From assembly GCA_008632985.1 (NCBI GenBank), contig QPGO01000006.1, positions 555,138-619,137 of the forward strand: DNA of 64,000 bases. Direction: 5' to 3'. The DNA is from Psammoneis japonica. Lineage: Eukaryota. The notes beneath the pieces are model-generated. The model saw only the letters and a program-made list of their open reading frames with translations, had not been told where the DNA came from and made no database searches. Numbering within the stretch: the first letter of the stretch is position 1; every line of letters starts with the position of its first letter. Below are positions 24,781 to 37,915 of this stretch, piece by piece. The position numbers were made by a program, and so were the translations under genes.

Positions 24781-25269
24781 TGAAAAGGTCGCTTGAGACA
24801 GTCGGCATGATTTTGTAGCTTTCTTGCTGGGTGGATGATTCTCATCCGTACATAGGAGCAGACAGGCAGCCACCACCAGGAGTGATGAAACGATCCAAGG
24901 TTCCATCGTGTTCAGGAACTGGTCTGAACGAATCATCTTACTGCCAGTTTCGAGCATGACAGCACTCCTTCCAAGTCGTACGGAGAACAAGTTTTTCGAT
25001 AGGAAAGTTTAGAAATATCTTGTTTTGTGTCATAAAGTTCCACATTGTAGATATTGTGCCTCCAACTCGTAGCTAGTATGCTCCCGACAATCATCGTGAG
25101 CGTCTTAGGGTGAGAGGTGAGCGAGCTACTTTGAGAATCTTGGGGAATGCAGTCTTGTTTGATTTTTGTCCGGAAAAGTAGATCTTCTCTCCAGCTGAAA
25201 CAGAAAAGTCTTGGACGCAGTTGTCACCCAGCAATCAAGACTTGAGTACAGTCCATTCTTTTGGGGATT

Positions 25270-26173
25270 TCACCCGGCGTTCATGTAGCAAATGAAGTAG
25301 TAGGCCACCACCGCCAAGAGGGATGAATCGAAGCGATCCAGGATACCACCATGCCCTGGAATGAGTCCAGACGAATCCTTTTTGCCACATTTGCGCTTGA
25401 CGGCACTCTCCACCAAGTCACCCAAGATTGCGAGAAAACTAAGCGTCATTCCTAAAGCTAGGCGTTGTGATGGAGAATTGTATGGAAATGATATTTGCCA
25501 ATCATATCTTGATAGAAATTGTAAAATAGTCTTGTTTCGCAAGGCAAAGCTCCACAGGGCTGGTATGATACATGCGGTACCCGTTCCTCCCAGCATACCA
25601 CCCACCATTCCCATGACGGTCTTGGAGGGTGAGTTTGAGCGAGCCACTTGCGAAATGATACGCCGGATTTCGTTCTGTTTGTGAGTCCAGAAATTGTTTT
25701 TCGCTTGCTAACACTCTTACTTAATCGCCCTACAAGGAGTGCCCCCGTGTCACAATTCCATACAATCAGCAACAAGGAAACAGCATGACAAAACGACTTG
25801 TCTACCAGCTTGTACCAGAATCCAAACGGGATGGCCAGATAGACGAATCCAAAGATACAGTGACTACTTGTGTCTTGCGGATACCACACCAAGTAAAAGA
25901 GACACGATACCAACACGAGCGCGGGTAGAAATAAACTTCATTGTAGTACAAGAGCATAGAGAGTCCCATGCAACTCGCAACAAAGAGCCACTTTTTGTAG
26001 TTGTTGGAAACTTGAATCAGATGGATCCACTCCAAGCACGCCAAACAGTGAATTCCTTGAACATGACATAGCTCGTAACTATCACTCAGCATGAATATCA
26101 CAAATGGAAAGCCGATACAAATCGTCGTGAGACGACGAGGAAGGTCTGACCATTGTGACCGCGACGACGCCAT
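25270..26173 (-). CDS. Phosphatidate cytidylyltransferase (CDP-DAG synthase), frameshifted in this assembly
   Basis: WNCDTGALLVGR, SPSKT, GDLVESAVKR...KDS..LIPGHGGILDRFDS signature. Confidence 0.9.
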
Positions 26174-26925
26174 GGTTGTCGTTGCGATGTGTGTTGTGTG
26201 TGCGTTGTGCGACTGCTGTCACATTATATTGTTTAGGTGCATGTGCTTTCGAGCTCGCTCAAGCTTTACTTATTTAAGCAAGCGTAAGCGAGGTGTAGCT
26301 GGTAGAGAACCATTGAATACGATAGCTAATAGTAGAGATAACTACAGTATGTCCCCGAGCAACCGCGGACTTGTTTAGTTGCGACTCACTATGCTAGTAG
26401 CTAGAGTATCTAGTAGAGTAGAGCTACTGGTAGTGGTAGGAGGTGTAACGCTGGCTTTACGATTCGGTTCTCACGATCACTCACTATCAACATTCTTGAC
26501 ATCAGTGTTTGAGCGATCTTGCAAAACGGCACTTTCCCTGGTTTCTCATCAACAAGTGTAAGTCGCGCTCGCTGGAGTAATGCCCTGTTACCAAGGCATG
26601 GGCCTCTAGAGAAAGGGAGCGTCGGAAAATGTGCTCTCCATCGTTGTGCAACAAAAGTTGCTGTTGTTGGAGAAACGTCCGCCGAAAAGGCGCAGTTTTG
26701 ATTTTCGATTTGATTCTCAGCCATTTGTTGCCACAGATTGATGAAACTTTCAGCTCGATCAAGACGAAAATATATCTGGTAGAGTCATGACATGCCGTTG
26801 CATCAAGACTAGATGGATTTTTCCAGCTATATCGATGCAACAATGAATACATTCATCGGTTTAGCGTGGCAAGTTCAATTTCGGTCTCCATCTTGTCTGT
26901 TACGCCATTTTGCGCAGCATCAAGA

Positions 26926-28029
26926 TTATTGGCAGTTTCCTCTGATTGTCAAATGCACGTATGTAGTTGTCTCATTTCGTGACGGCGACAGCGCTGGTAA
27001 AAATAACTCTTCGTCATTGTCGTTTCGTTCTTTTTCGCTTTCGGAGCGTGGCGCTGGCTGTGCCGAGTACATGTACATGCCCAACACAACGCTTGCAATG
27101 GCCCAAACCATTGGTAACGTCACGTTGGTACCAAACAGGACATAACTTAGAAACGGTAATGCTACCACCACCAGTGCTGCTGCAATCGACTTGCGCACCG
27201 AATCAAAAACCTTTAGGAATCGACTCGTCACAATGCCAGCCATCGACATGCATACGGCCATGCCGAGAATGATGGGTTGGCGTAGCACTTGCAAGTCAAA
27301 GTGCGAATCATCATCATCATCATCACCTTCGCCTTGTTGTTGCTTCATACTCGTGAGGGAACCGAGAAGGGTGAGCAAGAAAATGCCGTCCAAATAGAGG
27401 CAGATATTTTGTAGATTGATTGGTATGGACGGTTTGTCCTTGAGGAGTTTCTCATTGTACACACCCGCCACTGTACTGGCAAGAATTTGGAATAGGAGAA
27501 TGATATAGTTGATATAAGTCGGATGACTGTGAACATCTTGGCCGTTTTGCTCGTCTAGACTGTCGACCGTCTTAAGCACACATCCCAGGGTGATGATTCC
27601 AAGTGCCAGCCAGTGCCAGAAATTCAAGCGCCGTTGAAACAAAATCTGATGAATCACGGCTGTCAAGACCAATTTCATTTCACTCAGCAGGTAATATGTG
27701 GCTGGATCAAAGGACCGGAGATTGATGTAGGTCAACACGTCCGTCAGAGCATACAGTCCAGCGGGGATCATGTACCAAAGCAGCATGATGGCATGCGCTC
27801 GAGCGCTTACCACGAACTGACGGAATCCTCCATCCTGGAGACCAAACAGACCAATCGACAAGACCAGCTTGAGGACTTCCTGTACCCAGACGAGGGTTGC
27901 GGCATTGAATTCGAGTCCACGTTCTTTGGCGGCTTGGTTCAAGAGCCCATAGACGATCCATAAAACCATAAACAACAAAAAGACCGAGCGCTCCGCCCAA
28001 GTGGCCTCGGTGAAGGAAGTAGAGCCCAT
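26926..28029 (-). CDS. SLC35A-type nucleotide-sugar transporter
   Basis: EVLKL, IPAGLYA, DPATYYLLSEMKLVLTA, AGVYNEKLLK, NLQNICLY; about 10 TM segments. Confidence 0.9.
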   Translation of the reverse strand: MGSTSFTEATWAERSVFLLFMVLWIVYGLLNQAAKERGLEFNAATLVWVQEVLKLVLSIGLFGLQDGGFRQFVVSARAHAIMLLWYMIPAGLYALTDVLTYINLRSFDPATYYLLSEMKLVLTAVIHQILFQRRLNFWHWLALGIITLGCVLKTVDSLDEQNGQDVHSHPTYINYIILLFQILASTVAGVYNEKLLKDKPSIPINLQNICLYLDGIFLLTLLGSLTSMKQQQGEGDDDDDDSHFDLQVLRQPIILGMAVCMSMAGIVTSRFLKVFDSVRKSIAAALVVVALPFLSYVLFGTNVTLPMVWAIASVVLGMYMYSAQPAPRSESEKERNDNDEELFLPALSPSRNETTTYVHLTIRGNCQ

Positions 28030-28199
28030 GGCCTCATGGACGCCTATATCACCTTTGGAGGGCGCGGTGTTGTTAATGGGAGGACCCTTGTAGGTGTTAC
28101 TTGCTGCCGCAATAACAAAGGCAATGAATGACCGCGTCCTCTCGAACCTTACAGATGAAGTCTTGTGCCGCCGATCCAGCACCCACCGACGCTCGCTCG

Positions 28200-29430
28200 C
28201 TCGATGCCACATGAAAAAAGTCGGTCAGAGCTCCCCTGCGGAGCTCGCTTGAACACTGGGAAATCTGCTGTCTCTCCAACACAGTGCTGCCAATGAAGTG
28301 AATGATGTTCCCCAAGACCACCATTTCCCCATTGACCCAACTCCAAATTCCCCTCCAGACCAGCAAACCCAGCATGCAACAAGAAGCAGTGCAAAGAGCA
28401 GCGTGCCATCACACAGGAGCATGTGCTGCAGCAGAGAAATGCCTCCCCCACAGCACGTGCGCCAGTCTCCTCCCAAAGCATCACTCTCAATCACTTTTTC
28501 AGCTTGCTTGGAGTGAAACTGACAGTGAGTGTGAAGCTGGGTTGCAACAAACATCTCTGCTCTCCTGCCTCATTTGCCCAGAGGAGCTGCTGCTGTGTGG
28601 CTGGTGTTTTTTTGCGCAGCCTGCTTCCCAACAAGTGGGGGGGCACACCGCCCGCTAATCTCGAAGACCTGCCCAAAGCTCTGTTTGGGCATGAAACAAG
28701 ACAGGGAGCAAAAACAGTCACAAAAGCACTTTGAAAAGCAGCTCCCTCCAAGGTGTGCTGCTGGTGCTTTGTTGCTTTGGGGGTGCTGCAAAGGGGTGGT
28801 GCGCAGAGGGTTGCTGCTGACCACATGTCTCTGTCAACTGTCAACGGGGCAACAAAAACAAAAACAAAAGGACATCTTTTGGCACTTGTGGTGCAGGGTG
28901 TTTTCACTTGTGCAGATGAACAACTTGATGTTGCAACATTTGGCACGCTCACCTTTGCCACACAAAAAGGCAAGGTGCCCGAGGCAAAGTCACAGGCCTT
29001 GGCCTGTCAGGCCATCCAAACCTCTGTCCTGCACACACACTTGTCTGCCATGTCTGTCATGACAAATGCTGTGGTGTGATTCTCAGAGCTCAGCAGAGGG
29101 CAAGATGCAGCAACGCACAGAGCCACTCGATGGCTTGACCACGTGCGCAGGAGCAGGAGAGCCACTTGGGCCTTCTCTCTGGCCACTCTGAACCCCTGAG
29201 AGCTGCCTCAGATGGGAGTCAACTCAATGTCATCTAATTTGAAGGCAGGTTCCTAGCTCCAAGCTGTTCTCTGGAGCTTTGGGTGTGATCTTCTTCACAC
29301 AAAGCACCATCATTGCAGTGATGATGCGCACTCAACAGCGCCACCTTGCGGTGACTCGCATGACTCAATTCATTCACGCGAGCTCATCGCTTCTGCCTTC
29401 TGCGTTTCATCAGCGGTGCCGGCAAAGGAT
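28200..29430. repeat. TA-depleted degenerate repeat relic
   Basis: Very few TA dinucleotides over about 1.2 kb; CG depleted centrally and retained at the edges. Confidence 0.55.
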
Positions 29431-29457
29431 CCATGACGATGCACCGACGACTTAACA

Positions 29458-32400
29458 ATGCCAACTAGTGCTAGTAGCCCATCGTATGAGCCTGTACCTT
29501 CTCTGGAAGGCCAAGATCATGATGTGGAGCATGACGGACCCACCTTGGAAAGCACACACTTGCAGCAGCATACAAGAAGGTTTGATCCACTCCAAGTCGA
29601 ACAAGAAGAAGAAGAGGACGGTCTAGTTGTATCCATCAGCGACGATACTACCAACGTCCCTCTATGCAGTTTACGAGATCCCTGGTTGGTTTCCGTAGGC
29701 ATCACGCTGATTTTAATTGTACCTACATTGTGCAAGGCGACTTTCATGACAAATGATTTAACAGGACGCATGTGGCCCACCACGCTGTTTTCGCTGCACA
29801 TGGCACTCGCATCGTGGACCGCCTATTGCTTGGTACCCAACAAGAACAAACGAAAAAGTAGGGTTCTAGTGATATTTTCCTTCTTGTTGGATGTTCTCTT
29901 GTTTGGAACCTTTTATCCCGTCACGTGCCGAGCAACCGTCGACAATCTCTTTACAGAGCCCGATGGCACGACCGTGATTGAGTGGTCCGACGTGGCTCGA
30001 GATTTGCGAGTCTTGCGGATTCTAGCGCTGCTGATTGCTCTGCTAAGAATTTGTATACTTGGTCTGGCTTTTGTTATAGCGTTGGTATCGCGACGTGCGA
30101 CAAGAACAGCAACAACAAATCCGCAACAACAAGCGCCGCCCAGATGGAGAGTACCTCGCATGTGCACTACAGCCATGACGAGGCTCGAACATTGGGATGA
30201 ATCGATTTCATCGTCCAACAAGAATCGATTCAAGACGATGCTAAGGGCTATCTTTGGTGTCGTTACAGTGTTTGCTCTGGCACTTGTAGTGTGGTGCGTC
30301 GTATCCTTGGTGGGGCATTTCGGTACGTGGTCCGCTCCATCAACGGACGCAGAAGGTTGCGATCCTCTCGACATTACCGAATGCTGCTTGCCCTTTCCGT
30401 CTTTTCATCACATGGTTCCCGATGAAACGACGGTGACGGGATGGCGTGTGAATTTGCGTAGCAACGTACTGCCACCGTTGAAAGGACGACGGGATTCGCA
30501 CATTGATCCATCATTTCTCAACGAATTGGATGGATTCAGTACAATGGCTCCAATGTTGTTTTATTTGGAGGGACTCAAGGAAGCTCAACTTTCGGGAAAA
30601 AGCAATACTGTACGACTACAGGGATATTCCAATTTGGCTCTATCTGTGACAAATCAAAGCATCACTCTGCTTCTGGACGTGGATGCAAAGCAACTGGTGC
30701 ATCACAGCGCCGAAATTGATTATCTGGATCCGGATCGGCCCTTGGTCATGGTGTTTCCCGCACAACCACTCAAGCACAATACACACTATGCCTTGGCGGT
30801 CGTCAATGCGGCGGATGTGCATGGAGAATTGTTGGATCCAACACCAGGCATGACGGCACTTTTTGCTCTCAAGACAAACGGGACAGGCAGCAGCAATCTT
30901 GCAGCAACCATTCGACTCGGGCTCTACCAAAACCTAGTCTTACCTTCTCTTGTCACTGCTGCTCCGTGGCTTACTCTTGACGACGAACCGAAATCCTTGC
31001 AATTGCTGTTTGACTTTCAAACTGTTAGTGCTGAATCACAGCTTGGAAGCGTGCGGGCGGTGCGAGACGCCACGATGCGACACATCGAATCTCCCGCATG
31101 GGATTGGAAAGAGCACGCTCGTGTGGTTCGCAAATTTGACGGGGACTGTAGAAGGAATGGTGTCTTGACTGCTCGAACCATTCACGCCGAATTAGACGTG
31201 CCGTGGTTTCTACAGGGCTACGGTCCTGGTCACCGGGGCGACGTACTGGATGATGAGGCGGTCCAATGGGGCATTGCCAAACGACTGGGCAAGGCCAAGT
31301 TTGTGATTTATGTTCCGTGCTCAATTCGCGCAGCAGCATTGAACGAAACCTCCGGTATGCCGTTGAAGGCTTTTGTCGAGTTTGGTCACGGACTTTTTGG
31401 TACTCGAATGGAGTCATCGGAACATTTTCTCCAAAAGTAAGTCCGGATTCTTTGCCAAAGCATATCGGTCCGCAGATGCTGTCAGCCGCTAATCTTCTTT
31501 CTCTATGGCTCGTTTCTCTGCTTTCTTTTGATATTTCAGGATGAATAACGACAAGGGCTACATCATGACAGCAATGGATTGGAGAGGAATGAGTGCATTT
31601 GACATGCTAATTGTTGTCAAGACGCTCATGGCGACTCCTCGATTGTTTCAGGCGGTGCGAGACAACTTAATACAAGGTTATGCCAACAAGTACGCCATGC
31701 AGCATTTTGTGCGACATGCGCTACTCGAAATGGATTGGATGACGTTTAGCTCTCGGAGACAGAAACAGATACCGATTCCATTGGCAAATGCGACCACACC
31801 TTCTGTCTTTTATGGAATATCCCAAGGGGGCATTCTTGGCGCAGGCTACACCGCGCTGTCTGGGACAACGGGTTTGATCGATCGTGGTGCCCTTGGCGTT
31901 CCGGGTACACCCTTTGCTCTCGTCATGACGAGATCCCATGAATTCAAGGAGTATGATAGCCTTTTGCTTCTCAATTTTTTCAACAACCGACATGTGCGGG
32001 TACTACTCTCTCTTGTCCAGATGGGTTGGGACTCAGTTGAAGGTTCTGGAGTACTGTCGCGTCCGCTGACCGAACCTTATCCACCACTCTTACTACAGGC
32101 CGGTCTTGGCGACGCTGTTGTGTCCACAATTGCAGCCGAAGCCCTTTCAAGAGCGTTGAATGCTTCGATCCTCCCAGGAAACCCTCGCCAAGATATTTTT
32201 GGTATTCCAGTGAAAGCACCCGCCAACGAGACATGGCCTGGTCCTCGGGTGACATTGACCGAAATGCTCTACGAAGACGAATACGCCAGTCTTCCAAAAC
32301 AAGACATTTTGAATGCAAGCAACTGGGTCCACCTCTGCACACGTCGAGATACCGCAATGATTACACAGGTGGAAGAGTTCATAGACACGGGTCGAGTCAT

Positions 32401-32467
32401 GGACCCTTGTGAACTTGATGGCTGCATTCGGAGTCACGCTTCTTATTGCTTTGCTACCAGAAGGTGA
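29458..32467 (+). CDS. Multi-TM protein fused to a bacterial-type alpha/beta hydrolase; intron 31437-31539
   Basis: CDPLD..CCLPFPS, NELDGFS, GHGLFG, DWRGM, YGISQGGILG (GxSxG nucleophile elbow), GLGDAVV, late His. Confidence 0.75.
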
Positions 32468-32824
32468 TACAATAATACGATTTCGATATAGAATTCCGAA
32501 AATAGATAATAATAGCATCTGTTTCCTAAATTAGAGATAACAGCTCATAGCATGCACAAATGAGCAAGAATGCAAATTTTCCTTTTGTTTGCAACAGGCT
32601 GAAGGCCAGGATGGAGGTCTCCACTTCTCTTTCAAGAACCGGAACTTTTTGTACAGATTTTGCAATCGCACGATTTGATAAGAATTTCCTAATGTTATTT
32701 GACTTCCAGCTCTACAGCTATCCAAATATTCTTCAGAGCTACAGCGTCTGAGAACAAGAGAGCACTGAAAAGCGCTAGTACAGATAATCAGGTGACCACT
32801 CAGCGATTGTAAAATAGAGCGCGT

Positions 32825-34012
32825 TTAATTCTCTTCCTTTTTCTTCAAAGCCCTCAAAGCCTCCACTCCCGTTTTCAACTTGACACCGTCTAGGAGCGGC
32901 ATGTCTTTGAGCACAACGTCCGAATGGTTGTGGACTAAATCCACAACGTCCTCCATGGTGCGTGCACCAAAGGACAGCAACGTATCTGCCACTTCTTTTG
33001 GCAGCCTCTGTCGATTAAGCCATCGTTGCATGTCAGCCTCGTCCTTTTCGGTAGCGCAGGGACGTAGGGGATCATTTTCAGAATCATTTGCGGCTTTGGG
33101 TTCTTCGGCAATTGAAGCATTATCTTCTTGGGAGTCTTGAGCAAAGGAAACATTAACTTCCTGGGGCAGAAAAGCCACCGTGCTTGGGGTGCCGGGCGAA
33201 GCCGCGAACTCTCGCGTCTCCGGAGTAAACTTGTGCTGTGATGACGGTGTGCATTCACTGCAGTCTTCCAAAGAGGAAACTGATGCCCTCGAAGACATGA
33301 CAGATGAATGCACAGAGATGACTTCATCTTGAGTGCTGTTGCGCTGCTGTTTATGAACTTGATTGTCTCGGCCTGTCGTGTTGTTGCCAGCTGCGGACAA
33401 TCGAGCTGCAACAGCAGGAGTTTCCTCCCGAGAGACAGAAGTTTTCTTACGAGCAGCATCTGGCACCCCAGCTGCGGGAGGAGCAGTCTTCCTCTTTTTG
33501 TTGGTGCCGTTTTGCTTCTTGGAGTGCTGATTCTTCTCCTCTTTGGCAGAAGGAGACACGCGAGCCGCTTGTTTCTTGCCGCCTTTGCCAGCAGACGCTT
33601 TGCCATCATTTCCTGAACGACTGACAATGTGGCCAACCGTGTTGCCATCTTCAACGCACTTTTTCCAAATGTCTTCATAGCGATCAAACTTGCCCGCACC
33701 GTTGGGGTCAAAAAAGAAATACGACGTGTGTTGTCCGCGGCGCGGTCGGCTTTTCCAACCCTTGGGCACCAGACAGGAATGAAAAACCCGCTTGCCATTG
33801 TCGCGATGAAGAAGCTTGTCTTCTTCATCCTTCGCAGTCCGTTTCATGGCTCCCAGTTGATTCAATCCTCTTGCTTCTACACAATCATGCGTTTCATGCA
33901 CACCATTGTTGTCCGTGACGTGGCACAACCTTTCCTCTTGAGGAATGCTCCGGTCAATGCCGTTGCTCGAACGGGTCACACGACGTGACGACGAATTCGT
34001 CGGTGTGCTCAT
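32825..34012 (-). CDS. Protein with an MBD-like N-terminal module and a SAM-like C-terminal module; TA-poor
   Basis: VPKGWKSRPRRGQHTSYFFFDPNGAGKFDRYEDI resembles MBD; MQRWLNRQRLPKEVADTLLSFGARTMEDV...KLKTGVEAL resembles SAM. Confidence 0.5.
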   Translation of the reverse strand: MSTPTNSSSRRVTRSSNGIDRSIPQEERLCHVTDNNGVHETHDCVEARGLNQLGAMKRTAKDEEDKLLHRDNGKRVFHSCLVPKGWKSRPRRGQHTSYFFFDPNGAGKFDRYEDIWKKCVEDGNTVGHIVSRSGNDGKASAGKGGKKQAARVSPSAKEEKNQHSKKQNGTNKKRKTAPPAAGVPDAARKKTSVSREETPAVAARLSAAGNNTTGRDNQVHKQQRNSTQDEVISVHSSVMSSRASVSSLEDCSECTPSSQHKFTPETREFAASPGTPSTVAFLPQEVNVSFAQDSQEDNASIAEEPKAANDSENDPLRPCATEKDEADMQRWLNRQRLPKEVADTLLSFGARTMEDVVDLVHNHSDVVLKDMPLLDGVKLKTGVEALRALKKKEEN

Positions 34013-34247
34013 GATGACGGCAAGAACCGGCTGCGGTGTGGAAATGCTGGAAACGAGAGAGAAAGAGAGAGAATTGTGAGCTGACCCTTTGATGAAATGC
34101 CGAGTGCACAAGGTCTCTCGTCCCGTGAAACGCATTGCTCTCACCGTTGTGACTGGTGAGACGTTGCAGCGACCCAATTGTCTGCGATGTTGGCTGTTCT
34201 AACGTTTGCGTTAGACCCCTGCATGCACAAAGTATGCCTTTATTGTG

Positions 34248-34308
34248 GCTTTCGCTCTCGCTTTCGCTTTTCGCTCTCGCCTTCGCTTTCGCTCTCGCTT
34301 TTTGCTCT
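34248..34308. repeat. Imperfect (TTCGCT/CTCGCT)n microsatellite
   Basis: Directly visible hexamer repeats. Confidence 0.85.
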
Positions 34309-34766
34309 CAGCATGTTTTCGCAACAAAACCGAAAAAGCTAAAAAACATGGCGCGCCTGTTATCACAGATCGAGTGAGTCAAATTTATATATTTATCTAT
34401 GTTGATACATGTAGATGATGAATGATTGATTGATGCGTGACGTGGCAGGCTTCGGGTTCGCATGGCTGGGTACTGATGGATCTTGATTGGCGGTGAGTCC
34501 TGGAAAATAAAAACAAGATCAAGCAGGCAGGACACACACAGGACTAATATTTAGGCCCTACTCTCTAGAGTAGAGCTAGTAGCAGTATGAGCGCAGTTGA
34601 AACTAACAAATAGGTCAAAACTAATATATAGTAGTGTACTATTGTTTCTTTTTTTCTGCTTCTAAATGGTCTCCTTGTCGGAGGAACGAGGTATCTTGTT
34701 AACACATCATGTATCCCAATGTTATTGCGTGCCTTATGGCACAACCCGAAGAAAGTATGTCGTCTA

Positions 34767-36040
34767 TTATTTCCAAATAATAGACGACATAAAGTCGACA
34801 AGGTCGTCGTCGACACCCAGAACATCAAGAGACGACATGACACGCTTCATGTCGGAGTTTGATTCAGTGGTAGTAGGAATCAACTCTTCGTCTTCGTCTT
34901 CTAGAGAGTCCTCATCGAACACGTCTTGAAAGGATTCGGAATCCAACTGAGACATGGATGACAAGGAAATGTCATCATCGTCTTGTTGCAAGGTGAGTGG
35001 AAGTGGTTCCAAACTCTTGTCTTGAGGAGATTGCTGCTGCTGTGGCTGTGCTTGTGATGATACCGAAGGCTGTACTTGTGGTGTAAGGTGGTAGCGCAAA
35101 GCAAGAGCCTCTGGAGAGAGGCGGCTGCTGTAGTGAAAGCCATTCAAGATATGGTTCGAAGCACTTGTAGTAGCAGTGAACATGGCTTGGCTGCTGGTGG
35201 TGCTACAAACCGACCGGCGGGTGGGTGGAACCAGATTAGGTTTAGTGGTGGTGACCGTACTGCAGCTGCTGACACTGCACGGCACAATAGGAGACCGAGT
35301 ACTATCAGTACTACGGCTGCGACTCATGTTGTTGGAGTCACTGCTCTTTACGGTACACGGCTCGGGTTCCGAGGACGAGCGACGACGTCTCGAAGGAGAA
35401 GGGCTACTTTCGCCTCCTATTTGCTTGCGAAGACTGGAGACTTCCCGAATGATTTCTTGTTGCCTCTTGGAGCGTTTCCACTTTGCCAGGAGCGCAAAGT
35501 AGTGTTGCTTTTCTTCTTGAGCTCGGGCTTCGTAATAGCTTCTCGAGTTGGGATCGAGATTGTTCCACTTTTGAGCGATAAACTGAGCCATGGCACGAAA
35601 GCCCCTGGCCTTGGCCCAGTCTGCAACCTTGCCGGTTACGATGCGTTCACGCTCATCCTTGAAGTAGAGATTGTATGCTGATTAGAGAGAGCGTTTGGAA
35701 ATGAGGAGTGAGTACACATGATTGTCGGGTACGATGATAGCATACATAAGTGAACAATATATGGACACTCACCAGATAGGGGCCGTTTGGGCTTATCCTT
35801 TGGTTTACGCCACTTGCGTCGGCCCTTTTGCGTCTTTTTCATCTTGGAGCCAGTCGAGGACGCTGACTTGGAGGAGGAAACTCTTCTCGGACTGGGTCCG
35901 GTCGGAGGAGGGATCATGGGAATCGTTGCCAGTTCCCTCGGCGATGTTTCAGGAGTGTTGGGTAGCGATACAATAGCGGGAGGAGCGACCAACGCTTCCG
36001 ACTTGGTCGTGGTGGGTACCATGGCGGTGGACATGTTCAT
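34767..36040 (-). CDS. HMG-box protein, intron 35772-35678
   Basis: Spliced KPKDKPKRPLSAYNLYFKDERERI...FRAMAQFIAQKWNNLD...YYEARAQEEKQHY. Confidence 0.92.
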
Positions 36041-37189
36041 CGTTGGAGAAGCGAATTTTGAGCTTCAGAAAAAGAAGTGAACATGCGAAATTCTCGTTCT
36101 GTAATACACATCAGGTGACACAAAAATCGTTAGGACACCCGGTTTTCAAATTCTCGAATCTCAAACGAGCCCAATTTCGAACCAGACAACGCATCAAAAG
36201 AGCCTCCAACAGCAACAACATCTTACAATGAAATGTAGCAATGAACGAAACGATATCAATGTGCTAATGGACTCCGTGTCGGGTTCATCTGTCCTGTACA
36301 ACATGGTCATGTCTTTCGCTTACCTTGCAGTTTTTGTGTTGTGTCCAGCGGTCTCCCGCGAGTGGTGGTACTTGTCCGGACACATGAGGTTAGGTGATCT
36401 CAGTAGATCTCTACACACAGCTACGATGGTATGTTCATGGTAGATTTCCACTTGGGAGTCATCGTATCCGGTTTTGACGTTAATTCTACAGAGTCACATA
36501 CCAAGGCAAGGAACCCCAAAAGTGCCGAGTGTTTGTGTCTATCGGTGATACTGATCGTCTCTCCATAAATGAGAATGACCCATGAAGTTTTCAAAAGACA
36601 TGACTGCGAATTCTTTTCTACACAACGGAAATCGTAGACAAGACAGTACATTTAAAAGAAAATTCTCAATATCAACGAAAAGAGCAAACGTGTTGTCTCA
36701 AGAGACATAGATAAAACCCGAGCCGCTTCATGTATGACTCACCTGCGTAAGAGATCATAGAACGAGTACCGGATACGTTAAATGACTTATTCTTGGTAGG
36801 CTATCTGTGAACGGGTTCGGAATCATAAGTAATTCACAGTTACAATGTCCCGTTTTGGTGGTCAAAAATTTGGACAACAGCAAAGATGAGATCTAAAAAC
36901 ACTTTGGAGAAGTCGAACCAGTATAAAAACTACGACGGGCTACAGGCATTCGTGCAAAGTTGGTTCGTGACTTCCCCCAATGACTGGACATGTGCACACG
37001 TTTCCGGGGTATCCCCGCGAATCGCGGATGGCGGATACCGGTATCGAGAATTTGAATCTTTTGCGCATGCTCACTTATCATTTTCATGTTGAAGCCGTGT
37101 CAAGCGTCGAAGCATGCAACAAAAAGCGAGCAGCTGCAGAGCTGTAGCCAGCTGCCAGCTGGTGAAGGACACAGCATCATCATCGTCAT

Positions 37190-37915
37190 GTCCCGCAATC
37201 ACAGACATCATCGATTAACCAAAAGAATCTTTTTTCCGTCACTTTCGAATCTCAGCTGGCGGAGCGCAGTTGCCAATGTCAACAGTTGTTGTGCAAGTAG
37301 TGTGTTTCGCGTGAACAAGCCATCTCCATGTACCTTCGGTCTCTTTAAGGGACGGGAGAAAAAGTGCAAGAGAGAGGATCCAAACATGAAGACCTGATCC
37401 TCGTTTCTCGACTACAGTACAGGTTAAAACAGACTTTAAGAGGATCTAATAATGTTTATTGTTTCATAGTAGATACCGGTATGTCGTTTCATGGTTGACG
37501 ATTGTCACCTGATATTCTTCCTCCTCTGCAATTGATTGGTTGGAATCAGATTGCTCTGATACTTGGATTATAATGTGCTTACTATTACTAACATGCGTGA
37601 TTGAACATGCAGAGCATCCGTGAACATGTATCGTCTCTACTATCTCTCTAGAGTAGATGCAATGGTAAAGCATCGTCTGGTTTGCACGCAACCACATCGA
37701 CATCATCGGCAACCAAAAGCATCTTTTTCCGTCACTTTTTGAATCACAGCTGGAATTGCCAATGCCAACCTCCTCTACAGCCATTGATTGGTTGGAATCA
37801 GATTGCTCTCGATATGAAAAGCAGTACTAGTGATATCATTTTACATAAATATCCTGGATTATAATGCGTTGCTAATACTAACTTTCGTGATATTTACACA
37901 GAGCATCCGTGAAGT
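37190..37915. repeat. Local diverged duplication
   Basis: ttttccgtcacttt..gaatc.cagctgg at about 37231 and 37724; attgattggttggaatcagattgctct at about 37531 and 37783; cagagcatccgtgaa twice. Confidence 0.7.

Noticed and set aside
9323..28029. Functional glycan or secretory gene cluster (sulfotransferase, dioxygenase, sugar transporter)
   Set aside because: The genes are interspersed with unrelated ones and these are large families; no evidence of clustering.
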